From IMG/VR virus record IMGVR_UViG_3300042691_053605, positions 1 through 64,000 of that record: a stretch of 64,000 nucleotides of DNA. One strand, 5' to 3'. Source of the stretch: a virus. Made by a program: the position numbers and the translations under genes. The notes beneath the pieces were generated by a model that did no database searches, was not told the origin of the DNA, and saw only the letters and a list, made by a program, of their open reading frames with translations. Below are positions 17,667-26,392 of the stretch, piece after piece. Position 1 is the first letter of the stretch. Each line of letters starts with the position of its first letter.

Positions 17667-18265
17667 GCTAAATAACCTGAAATGAATTTTGAATCTTCGA
17701 CCAGTGGAACAAACTTATTTCGTATATGCTCATCCACATCGGAAATGTTATATCCTACAATAAAGCCAATTAAGGCTCCTTTTATGCAGAAAATAGGAAC
17801 AGTAACAAATTGCTGTATTCCCATACTCTCTAATTCATGTCGATCCTTTGGATCCATTTCATCGGTCAAACTTGCAAAACATTTTTTCTTCATCATAGTA
17901 CTTATCCACTTGGGATATTCTGATGTAAGTATATTTTGCTGAGACCGCTTTATTTTTTCATAGCCAGGCGCCACTGCTTCATAGGTCATAGAAAACTTTT
18001 TCATGCTTTTTCCTTGAAAAAACTTTCCTCCGTTATGAAATTGAAATATTGATACTCGGTCAAACCCGTGACGATCTCTGAAGTCTTCCAGCCACTCTTG
18101 GACTAGCACCATTTCTTCTAGATCGCTTTCCTTTATTACCTCTTCTCTCTCTTTGGCAACTATTGCCTTTCGGCTATCCAAATGGCTTTTTACCACTACG
18201 GTAATAATGGCCACCACAATTGACCCAAGAGTTGTAATGATTGATTGAAGTACTACTGGTTCCAT
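17663..18265 (-). CDS. single-TM + GAF-like domain protein, putative holin (T4 T-like)
   Basis: N-terminal TM (IITTLGSIVVAIITVVV), DRVSIFQFHNG, VTVPIF..GALIGFI. Confidence 0.55.
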   Translation of the reverse strand: MEPVVLQSIITTLGSIVVAIITVVVKSHLDSRKAIVAKEREEVIKESDLEEMVLVQEWLEDFRDRHGFDRVSIFQFHNGGKFFQGKSMKKFSMTYEAVAPGYEKIKRSQQNILTSEYPKWISTMMKKKCFASLTDEMDPKDRHELESMGIQQFVTVPIFCIKGALIGFIVGYNISDVDEHIRNKFVPLVEDSKFISGYLA

Positions 18266-18403
18266 TTATCTTCCCTGTCCTGCGTAAGGCTTTTTATAGT
18301 TTTTAGAGCTCTTATTTTTAGAAGTGCTCTTGGAGTGTCTTCCTATTTTTCTTTTTGGCTTTTTAACGTAAGTACGTGCTGAGTCTGATTTTTGTTTGGC
18401 CAT
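18266..18403 (-). CDS. small basic protein (45 aa), missing from the ORF track
   Basis: MAKQKSDSARTYVKKPKRKIGRHSKSTSKNKSSKNYKKPYAGQGR; fills the intergenic gap and abuts the next gene. Confidence 0.7.
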   Translation of the reverse strand: MAKQKSDSARTYVKKPKRKIGRHSKSTSKNKSSKNYKKPYAGQGR

Positions 18404-18424
18404 CTCATAGGACAGTTATTTTAG

Positions 18425-19102
18425 TTACAAGAGTTCTAATTCTTGCATTATTTCCATTATGTCTTCGTAGCTTAAATCTAAAATGTCTTTTTCTAATCGG
18501 GATCTATCCGTATGCGGCCTGCCGGAAATAACATCGGTAATTTGTTCTTTTCTCTTCTTATCGCCGCTATCAAATTCCGCTAAAATTTTTTGAGAGTTGA
18601 CATCGGCAAGCGCCATTTCCTCAATGTACTCCTCAAAAACTTTTACTTTCTTTTTCTTCTTTTTCTTTTTTCCGGATCCGGAAAAAATGTCTCCGCTGCC
18701 AGTACTGCCAACGTTAGCAGGTACCACATTACCCATACCAGGGGTGTTAGTAACTGAAGCCGCGGGTGCAGAAAAATCTTCATCAACTTTAACCTTTTTA
18801 TTCTTTTTGCCGTCAATAAAGTCCATAAAACTTTGAATTAGCGGATCAGTTTGATCTTTACGAACCGCGGCGCCTTGAGCTGCCATCATCTGTGCTTGCG
18901 TGTCCCACCAGTAAAAATACTCTTTAACGTGATCGGGTAAACCTTTATGAGGCGTTTCTGCAAAATCTTTTAACTGCTGAAGAGTCATAGAATCTGCAAG
19001 ATCTTTTACCTCTTGTGATGCATCCGCGGGATCCATATCACCTTTCTTTAAGGCGTATGCCATTCCCATTAACTTTTGCTGCGCTTTAGATACTGATGGC
19101 AT
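18425..19102 (-). CDS. hypothetical protein (DUF3008-like N-terminus, poly-Lys tract)
   Basis: MPSVSKAQQKLMG...QLKDFAET.HKGLP; K8 tract; internal KVFEEYIEE. Confidence 0.75.
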   Translation of the reverse strand: MPSVSKAQQKLMGMAYALKKGDMDPADASQEVKDLADSMTLQQLKDFAETPHKGLPDHVKEYFYWWDTQAQMMAAQGAAVRKDQTDPLIQSFMDFIDGKKNKKVKVDEDFSAPAASVTNTPGMGNVVPANVGSTGSGDIFSGSGKKKKKKKKVKVFEEYIEEMALADVNSQKILAEFDSGDKKRKEQITDVISGRPHTDRSRLEKDILDLSYEDIMEIMQELELL

Positions 19103-19284
19103 TATTTACCTTCTAATTTAATGATCTCTTGACGTGCATTTTCAATAACATCAAGCGTTTTAATCATATCTAATTTATCGGCAATTTCCGATGCCTTATC
19201 AAAATGTGAAAGCAGCTCCTTTAATTCGGGAACCAGCCTTTCATGTATGACAGCAATTTCACGGTATTCTCCAAAAGTCTTCAT
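19102..19284 (-). CDS. hypothetical protein with CTS-like N-terminus
   Basis: MKTFGEYRE; coupled to neighbours by TAATG overlaps. Confidence 0.7.
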   Translation of the reverse strand: MKTFGEYREIAVIHERLVPELKELLSHFDKASEIADKLDMIKTLDVIENARQEIIKLEGK

Positions 19285-19616
19285 TATGCTCCAGTTATTT
19301 TGTGATGAACGCGGTGTCCTTCTTTTGAAAGCGAATAGGTTTTAGAACCATTGCTCTCTTTTACCTTAAACAAATGAGGATTGGCTTTTACCCAGCCTAT
19401 ATTTGTTTTTCTACCAGTTTCCTCATTCATTAGTTTGAAGAACTCGGAAAGCTCTTCTTCGCTGACCGAACCCTTTTCTTTTACAAAAGATAACACTTTT
19501 TCTCTTACGGGTGCGTAATCAGAAATGCGTTTTTCCGGATGAGCCTCTGTGTATTTACGTTTTAGCGTAACTAAGGCTTCATTTAAGAATTGATCGTATG
19601 AAAGTACTCTGTTCAT
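19284..19616 (-). CDS. putative winged-helix protein with CTS-like N-terminus
   Basis: MNRVLSYDQFLNEA; KVLSFVKEKGSVSEEEL...YSLSKEG. Confidence 0.6.
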   Translation of the reverse strand: MNRVLSYDQFLNEALVTLKRKYTEAHPEKRISDYAPVREKVLSFVKEKGSVSEEELSEFFKLMNEETGRKTNIGWVKANPHLFKVKESNGSKTYSLSKEGHRVHHKITGA

Positions 19617-19622
19617 TATGTA

Positions 19623-19631
19623 CTATATATT
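19623..19631 (-). promoter_or_regulatory. putative late promoter AATATATAG
   Basis: Variant of the recurring GATATATAG motif. Confidence 0.4.
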
Positions 19632-19632
19632 T

Positions 19633-21324
19633 TTACAAATATGCTTTAGAATTCCAATTTGTCATCATATTTGGCCAATAATTAACACAAATTTCTGGAA
19701 AAATCTTTTTGAATTTTGGGAGATCCGCCTTTTCCATGCATTCCTCAATATCACGTGACTCTCCAGTTTTGAACGGGGCAATTGTTACGCCAGCATCTCT
19801 TCCAAGTGATTTAAGAGTTTCCTTTTCTAGAACCAGACGGTTTCCACCACGAGCTACATAAATGTTTTTTACCTCTCGGGGTTTAGCTGCTTTAACTATT
19901 TTACCTACACTGCTGTGAATCATAGACTCACTACATTCAAAGATATGTGGATATTCTTCAACTAGTCGATTTGCAAGTGCTCGGCCTTCTGCCTTTTCAA
20001 GTCCCCATTTACAGTGTGAGCCTGCGGACTCATCATGCACCAACATCATACCGCGTCCGTTTAATTTCATTAAACGCTCGCATTCGTTAATTACTTTTTT
20101 AGTAACCTCTCCAGCATTAATAAGCAGCACATCGCAAGTATGAACCGGTTCTTTGTCATCGCCGTCTTCTTCATTCGTATTTGCAAACGGCAGAGCAAAG
20201 TAAGATTGTAACATACCAACAGCTTTCATATGCTGGTCTGATGAAAAGCCGTCTTCCGCGCCAATATTAGCCTGCTTATAGTCGCTATCTAAACTGGGTT
20301 CCTCCTTTTCTAATATAGAAGTAAATTCTGGAAAACCTGCCTCTTCAGGATTTCTAACACAGTCATCAATATCCGCAATTTTTTGGTTATACTGTGATAC
20401 AAAACTCTCAGACAGCAGACCAATTGCTTTTTTCGGCTTTCTTAAATTTGCAATAAAAATACTGAGCAAATACTCATAACTGCGGTTCTCAATAAGTTCT
20501 CGCGTTTTTGGATTGCGTATCCATTTGTTATTGAATTTCCCGGATTTTTGCAAGAAATGCGGTTTTTCAATTCCCATCTCTAAAAACTCAGGTCCTCTCT
20601 CATTTACAAAAGAGTTAAAACATTCGCAAACAATTTCCAAATACCGCTCATCAGGACGAGGGGATTTGAATACAAATTTATCAAAATTCAGCGTTTGTAA
20701 ATGCTCAAACATCTGCATTAATAACAGATCAAATGTATGACTTTTTTGTGACTTTTCTTTAATTTGGGTATCACCTATTTTTATGACGCCATCGCCATTT
20801 TTTAAGATATAGGTTTTTTGCGGATCCCAAATTTCATATAGAGGCTGACCGCCTTTTAGAGAACTGATAGTCTGCTCGACAATACGGCCATCAATAGTTC
20901 CAGGCTTTTCAGATTTTACATGCAATAGTCCTGCCCATTTTTCAATTAGTGCAGGCTCTTGAATTTCTTTAATAACCTTGCCTTTACTCCGAATAGTAAT
21001 ATCCGTAAGAGTTAGACCTTCGGAAATACTCCAACTAAAACCGAAACGGTGGTTTTTAGGAAGATTAATTGTTATTGCCTCGGGAAGTTTTTCAATTTTT
21101 GAAATTGCGTTTTCGTACAAATCACTAACCGTACGATCAATACGATTTAGCGGTTCTTCAGAATTCTTTCCAAAAAATCTGAGTCTTCCAGTTCGTGAAA
21201 GCTCAAATGAAAAACGATAGGCATCAGATTTTTCTGTTACCGTTACGTCTTTTGTAAAAAAGTCTCTTACCCAAGACTCTCCGCGTTTTGCAAACGCTTC
21301 TTGTATTGTATTAATTCCTGCCAT
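19633..21324 (-). CDS. degenerate RNA-ligase-like plus HIGH-nucleotidyltransferase-like fusion protein
   Basis: VTEKSDA (KxDG-like) near the N-terminus; C-terminus resembles that of the 28093..28674 protein but lacks HxGH. Confidence 0.45.
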   Translation of the reverse strand: MAGINTIQEAFAKRGESWVRDFFTKDVTVTEKSDAYRFSFELSRTGRLRFFGKNSEEPLNRIDRTVSDLYENAISKIEKLPEAITINLPKNHRFGFSWSISEGLTLTDITIRSKGKVIKEIQEPALIEKWAGLLHVKSEKPGTIDGRIVEQTISSLKGGQPLYEIWDPQKTYILKNGDGVIKIGDTQIKEKSQKSHTFDLLLMQMFEHLQTLNFDKFVFKSPRPDERYLEIVCECFNSFVNERGPEFLEMGIEKPHFLQKSGKFNNKWIRNPKTRELIENRSYEYLLSIFIANLRKPKKAIGLLSESFVSQYNQKIADIDDCVRNPEEAGFPEFTSILEKEEPSLDSDYKQANIGAEDGFSSDQHMKAVGMLQSYFALPFANTNEEDGDDKEPVHTCDVLLINAGEVTKKVINECERLMKLNGRGMMLVHDESAGSHCKWGLEKAEGRALANRLVEEYPHIFECSESMIHSSVGKIVKAAKPREVKNIYVARGGNRLVLEKETLKSLGRDAGVTIAPFKTGESRDIEECMEKADLPKFKKIFPEICVNYWPNMMTNWNSKAYL

Positions 21325-21385
21325 TGTTTTTTCGGCTTTAAAGGTTTTTGTTTTTTAACCTATTGTTTGTTTTGTGGTTATTCCG

Positions 21386-22270
21386 TTACGCTAAATTTGA
21401 TGGAAGCGGAAGTTTGGCTTCCTCCAATTTTTTCTTAAAATCATTTAGGATTTCTCCTACTTTATCGTGAAACTTAAAATCGCCTCCAGTAATTAGGTTG
21501 TACAGACTTTCGTATGTCATAATGTCTGATACCTTATGGCCTCCATTAAACAGCAAGTTTACAATATCTGACGGTACTTTTGTAATGAGTTTATCAAATT
21601 CTTTTAGAAGGGTTGCATTTTTAAGCAAGCCTTTTTTACCTTCAAAACTCTTTCGTACCTGAACAATTCCTTGGTTTAACCTAACTACATATGCTTGGTA
21701 TTCTGCAGTTTCTCCTTTATCGGTTTCTTTCGTAATTTCAAAGAAAGACTTTCCGATTGCGGCCATGAGTAGCAGGTTACGATATGCACCTTTATACTCA
21801 GATTCGGCTTTAGTAAAGTCAGGCGAATGATACATAAAACGACTCCAGTCCAAATCATTGGTTAACATAAAGTCGAGCTGTCCTACTCCTTTTTTGTCAT
21901 CTCCTGCAATAGGAACTCCGATACTTACCTGATTAAACCCGACTGCAAGTTTGGTAGAATAACCAAGGCTCTTAAGTTTTTTGTCTAATTCAAATAGAGC
22001 ATTTTGTAATGACGTTCCTAAATGGCCTGCAATTTTATCCGCAGATACTGCTACATCAATATCTCCACTAGTGGCGCCTTGAACTTTTTTACCAGCGCTT
22101 CCTATAACCGCGGCATCATCATCAATACCAACCAGACCAATTTGCGGAAAGATATTCTTTACTACCCAGTCAATAGTTGGCTTTACTTCGTCTTGCTGAA
22201 ACGGAACTGCGTTATCAATGGAGTTTCCGCTCTCTAGCAAGAATTGTTCAAAAAGCTTAACGTACTTCAT
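21386..22270 (-). CDS. pol-beta superfamily nucleotidyltransferase with CTS-like N-terminus
   Basis: MKYVKLFEQFLLESG; IGSAGKK...SGDIDVAV...QLDFM. Confidence 0.75.
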   Translation of the reverse strand: MKYVKLFEQFLLESGNSIDNAVPFQQDEVKPTIDWVVKNIFPQIGLVGIDDDAAVIGSAGKKVQGATSGDIDVAVSADKIAGHLGTSLQNALFELDKKLKSLGYSTKLAVGFNQVSIGVPIAGDDKKGVGQLDFMLTNDLDWSRFMYHSPDFTKAESEYKGAYRNLLLMAAIGKSFFEITKETDKGETAEYQAYVVRLNQGIVQVRKSFEGKKGLLKNATLLKEFDKLITKVPSDIVNLLFNGGHKVSDIMTYESLYNLITGGDFKFHDKVGEILNDFKKKLEEAKLPLPSNLA

Positions 22271-22271
22271 C

Positions 22272-22799
22272 TTATTTCCAATCAGAACGTTTTGCAGCTT
22301 CGGAAGAGGTTAGCCATTTTCCAGCAATTACGTCATAGTAAATGTCATCGCGTTGCTCACCTGAAAAGATCAAAGAACAACCATTAGATCCACCGTTTGT
22401 ATGCTTATATGAGTAGTTCAAAGTTGCCCAAATATACGGAGCAAATTCAAATTTTTCGCTTGCTGCTTTATTAATTTCAGGAAAGCTTCCGCCACTAAAA
22501 ATACCAATGTAGACTTCAGCAAAACCGTATTGCATAAACCCTAATTCTTTTCCAGTAAACGGCTTACTGTCAAAATCAATTCTTCTTCCTTTATCTTTTG
22601 CAGTTAGCGGATTGTATTTAATTCCTTGACGGCTTAGCAAATCATTAAGAGCAGGACCGGCATTTTTAAGAATATCAGCTTTCAAAGAAGCCTCATCCTT
22701 GAATTTATCGTCACTTACAAATTGCATGACACCCTCATTTAGAGCTGGCTCAGAAAAGCCTTCTTTCAAATAGTTTTCGTAATTGTTTACATGTTTCAT
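22272..22799 (-). CDS. hypothetical protein with CTS-like N-terminus
   Basis: MKHVNNYENYLKEG...ALNEG. Confidence 0.8.
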   Translation of the reverse strand: MKHVNNYENYLKEGFSEPALNEGVMQFVSDDKFKDEASLKADILKNAGPALNDLLSRQGIKYNPLTAKDKGRRIDFDSKPFTGKELGFMQYGFAEVYIGIFSGGSFPEINKAASEKFEFAPYIWATLNYSYKHTNGGSNGCSLIFSGEQRDDIYYDVIAGKWLTSSEAAKRSDWK

Positions 22800-23080
22800 T
22801 TTATTTGACTTATATTAGTTATTTTGTTTCCCTTCTCAATAGGATTGCTTTTATCAGCGGAGTACAATAAGCCATCTTTAATTAAACGGTTAAGTACTTC
22901 GTCCTTTACAGGGTCAATTGGACCAAAATCTGCTACATCATCCCATGCCTCTTCCACATTTTCAGGATCAATCCATCCCGCGCCTTGCTTAATTGATTTG
23001 ACCAATTGCTTATAGTCGTACTCAAATTGCTTAACTGCGCCTTCATTTACATAGCTTTCAAAAGTGTGCAAGTGTTTCAT
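22796..23080 (-). CDS. hypothetical protein with CTS-like N-terminus
   Basis: MKHLHTFESYVNEG. Confidence 0.8.
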   Translation of the reverse strand: MKHLHTFESYVNEGAVKQFEYDYKQLVKSIKQGAGWIDPENVEEAWDDVADFGPIDPVKDEVLNRLIKDGLLYSADKSNPIEKGNKITNISQIK

Positions 23081-23100
23081 ATTACAAGTATTTTTACAGT

Positions 23101-23685
23101 CTATTTATTCACCACCGAATACTCGGTATATGACTTTTTGGTAGGCTTGGTGTTTGGAAAGTAGTACTTCTCAGTTTTCTTGCCTGCTATAATAGTCTTG
23201 GTAAATCCATCAGGAACCGTAGCGCCACTTGCTAATTTAATTGACTTAGCAGAAAAATGCAAATCAATTATGACTTTTACTTCACCAGTTTTTGCAAGTT
23301 CTCTCTCGTGTACTTCTAAAAATCTCCATACTCCGCGATTCAAATTCTCTTGTTGCAGAGCACAGTTCAAATATGAAAATGTCATTTTAAGATACTCCTG
23401 ATTACACGCAAAATCTGCGGCAGGTGCCATGTGTCCTTTATCCCATTCATTTCCTGCATAATCATTATGATCCGATGTTTTAATTCCACTCACTGGAAAG
23501 AAATCCAGTCCCGCTCTTGAAAAAACAGTTTCGGTACATGCAATGGTGTATTTCACCTGTAGCGGCTGTTCTAATTCTTCGGAATACTTTACCCAGAAAA
23601 CAGCGTTTCTAGTTTCCACAATACGATTCTGCGCAACAGAGATTAACGTAAAGAGTAAGAAGACAATTGTAAGTAGTCTTTTCAT
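23101..23685 (-). CDS. secreted DNA/RNA non-specific endonuclease (NucA/EndoG family)
   Basis: Signal peptide MKRLLTIVFLLFTLISVA-Q; WDKGHMAPAAD, LNCALQ, LNRGVWRFLE, VPDGFTK. Confidence 0.88.
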   Translation of the reverse strand: MKRLLTIVFLLFTLISVAQNRIVETRNAVFWVKYSEELEQPLQVKYTIACTETVFSRAGLDFFPVSGIKTSDHNDYAGNEWDKGHMAPAADFACNQEYLKMTFSYLNCALQQENLNRGVWRFLEVHERELAKTGEVKVIIDLHFSAKSIKLASGATVPDGFTKTIIAGKKTEKYYFPNTKPTKKSYTEYSVVNK

Positions 23686-23945
23686 TTTTTCTTTTCTATT
23701 TTTACAATAAGATCCGTGGATCCTTTAATAACCCGATGAATGACTCCAGCAGGTATGAATAACTCTTTATTTATCCGTTGTGGTAATTCATTATCAAATT
23801 GAAACTGCCAGTCATTTTCTGATAGCGGAGTCACAATACGGTCCTCTTCATCCCAATGCCACTGTAGTTCTTCCTCGGGTATATCAGAAAAAAAAGTCCG
23901 TATGAAAACGGACTCCTCTATTTTTTGCTCGGTATACGGCTTCAT
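23682..23945 (-). CDS. cupin-like phage protein
   Basis: LQWHWDEEDR, WQFQFDNELP, FIPAGVIHRVIKG. Confidence 0.65.
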   Translation of the reverse strand: MKPYTEQKIEESVFIRTFFSDIPEEELQWHWDEEDRIVTPLSENDWQFQFDNELPQRINKELFIPAGVIHRVIKGSTDLIVKIEKKK

Positions 23946-23964
23946 TGATCTTATATACTTGGAA

Positions 23965-24492
23965 TTACCAAGGTTCTGTAGAACTTAAACCTAATTGTTT
24001 TCCAAATAGGCTTGGCGCGTAACATGCCCAAAAACCTGGCGTGCTTGGATCCATTTTCTTTTTAAGATCACACTGTTGGCGGGACCAAAAAGATGCCGCT
24101 GCTGCCGGATCATCATTTTTAATACTCAAGCCAGAGGTATCACCCCATGTAATTTCATTTGCAATGATATTCCCATCATCATCTTTTTTTCCACTGTTAT
24201 GGTAAACCACAAATTTCTTATCGCCGCCTCTTTTAGGAGTGTCAAGTTCTACTTTGCGGCCATCTTTATTAACCGCGGCTTTTCCAACTTCCAGGTTAGC
24301 AGCCATCCAGGCAGCTTTATCTTTTAGGATGATGTTTCCTTCATCCCAATACTTTTTTGTCTCTTCAAAGAGTTGTTTGTAAGCATCGCTGCCAATGCGG
24401 TAGACGCTATTGGTAATATCCAACCCATTTTCCATGTGGTAACGAAATCCTTCGGAAACCTCAAATTGTTCAAATGTCTTTACGTATTTCAT
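23965..24492 (-). CDS. conserved phage protein with CTS-like N-terminus
   Basis: MKYVKTFEQFEVSEG; PKRGGDKKFVVY...SFWSRQQCD...PGFWAC. Confidence 0.78.
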   Translation of the reverse strand: MKYVKTFEQFEVSEGFRYHMENGLDITNSVYRIGSDAYKQLFEETKKYWDEGNIILKDKAAWMAANLEVGKAAVNKDGRKVELDTPKRGGDKKFVVYHNSGKKDDDGNIIANEITWGDTSGLSIKNDDPAAAASFWSRQQCDLKKKMDPSTPGFWACYAPSLFGKQLGLSSTEPW

Positions 24493-25196
24493 ATCTTTAT
24501 GCCAAAATGTTCTTTAACCGCTTCTTCGATGCCTAACGCATAAGACCAAATGTCTTCGGATATCTTTTTTTCATCAGCTCTAACAAACGTAATGAGTGGC
24601 CAGTAAATGATGTTTTTAGTTATGGTTTCACTGGGAAAAGTCATTTCATAATACTTACCATTCTTTTCACCAAATGCATGAACTATTAGGCTTTCTGCAT
24701 AGTACTTGCCAATGTCATCTTTTTTCATACAGATTCCACCAATTGCTTTACCGCCTGTTTCTTCAAACCACTTTGATGCGTTACCAAAACATTGGTTTCT
24801 TGCGCCGCCACCCCCAATCCATTCTGCTTCAACGCTTTTTGTTATTTCATCCAAAACAGCAGCAATTACTGCTGTCTTACTAATAAAATTAACAGCTTCT
24901 AGCTTACCTTCTTTATCAACTGTGTAATCTTTGAACCATCCAGGTCTTTTTTCAGCAGGATCTTTATCGTTCCAGCGTTTTGCAATCTCATCTGCTTGCT
25001 CTAATGCAAATTTTCCAGCTGGTGTATTTTTCCACTTGCCAGACTTAAGTATTGAAAGCGTTTTTGACTTTGCCGATGAAGATCCGCCAGAAGCATACTT
25101 TAAGTTTCCACCTAAGCCTGTGCTGTAGACAGTTTCATTTAGTTGCTGAAATCCTTCAGAGACCTGGAAGTCTTCAAATGTCTTTACGTACTTCAT
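24489..25196 (-). CDS. putative papain/transglutaminase-like Cys-His protein with CTS-like N-terminus
   Basis: MKYVKTFEDFQVSEG; NQCFGNA...IVHAF...YYEMT. Confidence 0.55.
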   Translation of the reverse strand: MKYVKTFEDFQVSEGFQQLNETVYSTGLGGNLKYASGGSSSAKSKTLSILKSGKWKNTPAGKFALEQADEIAKRWNDKDPAEKRPGWFKDYTVDKEGKLEAVNFISKTAVIAAVLDEITKSVEAEWIGGGGARNQCFGNASKWFEETGGKAIGGICMKKDDIGKYYAESLIVHAFGEKNGKYYEMTFPSETITKNIIYWPLITFVRADEKKISEDIWSYALGIEEAVKEHFGIKI

Positions 25197-25723
25197 ATTA
25201 CTTTAGTGTCTTTTACGTGTCTTTTGACAAAGTCAACTATGTCTTTTTGGATAATTTCATCAGACGGTTTGTCAATGATCTTGCTTGCTTCTAATGTAAA
25301 GTCTTCATCAAAAGGAAGCGGATCCAATTCAAGTTCAAACAGTTCAATCTTTTGGATGTAATTGGTGATTCCTGTAATGTAACCTTGCACTTCTTCTTCC
25401 ATCTGGTCCTCGATTTCTCCACCTTTAGTAGCTGCCTTTCCGCTAAAATGGGAGGCGTTCCATTGATACGGTTGAACTTTATAGCGGTTAGAGAGTTTAT
25501 CACCGTCAATCATAATTCTGCACTCGGCAGGTATAATACGGGTTCTTTTTTGAAAGTTTTTATCTCGAGTTAATGATACTCTTGCGTACTTACCTAAAGA
25601 CTTGTCACCTAATACATCATCATCAAGAATCTTAAGAAGCGCCAGTATCGTAGTGTAGTGATAAACAGTACCTACTTGCTTGGCTTCATACAAAAAACTC
25701 TCAAATGTCTTTACGTATTTCAC
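25193..25723 (-). CDS. putative ADP-ribosyltransferase-fold protein with CTS-like N-terminus
   Basis: GTG start, MKYVKTFESFLYEA; VYHYT, VSLTRD, QMEEEV. Confidence 0.55.
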   Translation of the reverse strand: MKYVKTFESFLYEAKQVGTVYHYTTILALLKILDDDVLGDKSLGKYARVSLTRDKNFQKRTRIIPAECRIMIDGDKLSNRYKVQPYQWNASHFSGKAATKGGEIEDQMEEEVQGYITGITNYIQKIELFELELDPLPFDEDFTLEASKIIDKPSDEIIQKDIVDFVKRHVKDTKVI

Positions 25724-26391
25724 AGAGGTATGTAGTTTTGCGGATGCGTTGAAGATGATACTTTACCATTATGTAAAACATATGCATCTTTCCGAATTTC
25801 CGCAGTCCAAGTGCCTTTTAATTTGCCACCTTGTTTCTTAATGTATTCCAAATAGAGCCGGCCTCTTTTTGTTTGCGGAATTGGAGTAAGCTCCTCACCC
25901 AGTTCAGTCTTTGGCATAATCCAAATCTCATCAACTTTAATCCATTGGATCTGCTGAAGTTCTTTCATTAATTCTTGCATAATATCGGAAACTGTTGATA
26001 TTACGCGAAACTGTTCACCGAAATTAGTAATGGCTTCACTGTTTGGATTATTTCCTTTTTCTACACCAAATGACACTGCAAAAGAAACATTGTAATCTTG
26101 CGGTTTAGTTGCAGAAGCTTTTATTTGTCCAAAATTGATGTAATGATGTTCATTAAACCAGCCCAGTATCTTAACTGTGTAGGTTGCATTATCACTCTTA
26201 AACTCATAAGACAAATCTGGAAGACGATTGTTCTGTGAAGAACTTCCTCTCTCCCACTTTGACATATCAGCCATCCAGGTACCAACTTTATTACTGCCGG
26301 TACGTTTCCAAGAAAACGGAGAAACGCCTTCTCCTATTTCATTTAGAGTCTGTTCATTTAGAAAGCTGTCAAACGTATGAATATGTTTCAC
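25720..26391 (-). CDS. hypothetical protein with CTS-like N-terminus
   Basis: Likely GTG start at 26391: (M)KHIHTFDSFLNEQTLNE. Confidence 0.78.
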   Translation of the reverse strand: MKHIHTFDSFLNEQTLNEIGEGVSPFSWKRTGSNKVGTWMADMSKWERGSSSQNNRLPDLSYEFKSDNATYTVKILGWFNEHHYINFGQIKASATKPQDYNVSFAVSFGVEKGNNPNSEAITNFGEQFRVISTVSDIMQELMKELQQIQWIKVDEIWIMPKTELGEELTPIPQTKRGRLYLEYIKKQGGKLKGTWTAEIRKDAYVLHNGKVSSSTHPQNYIPL

Positions 26392-26392
26392 C

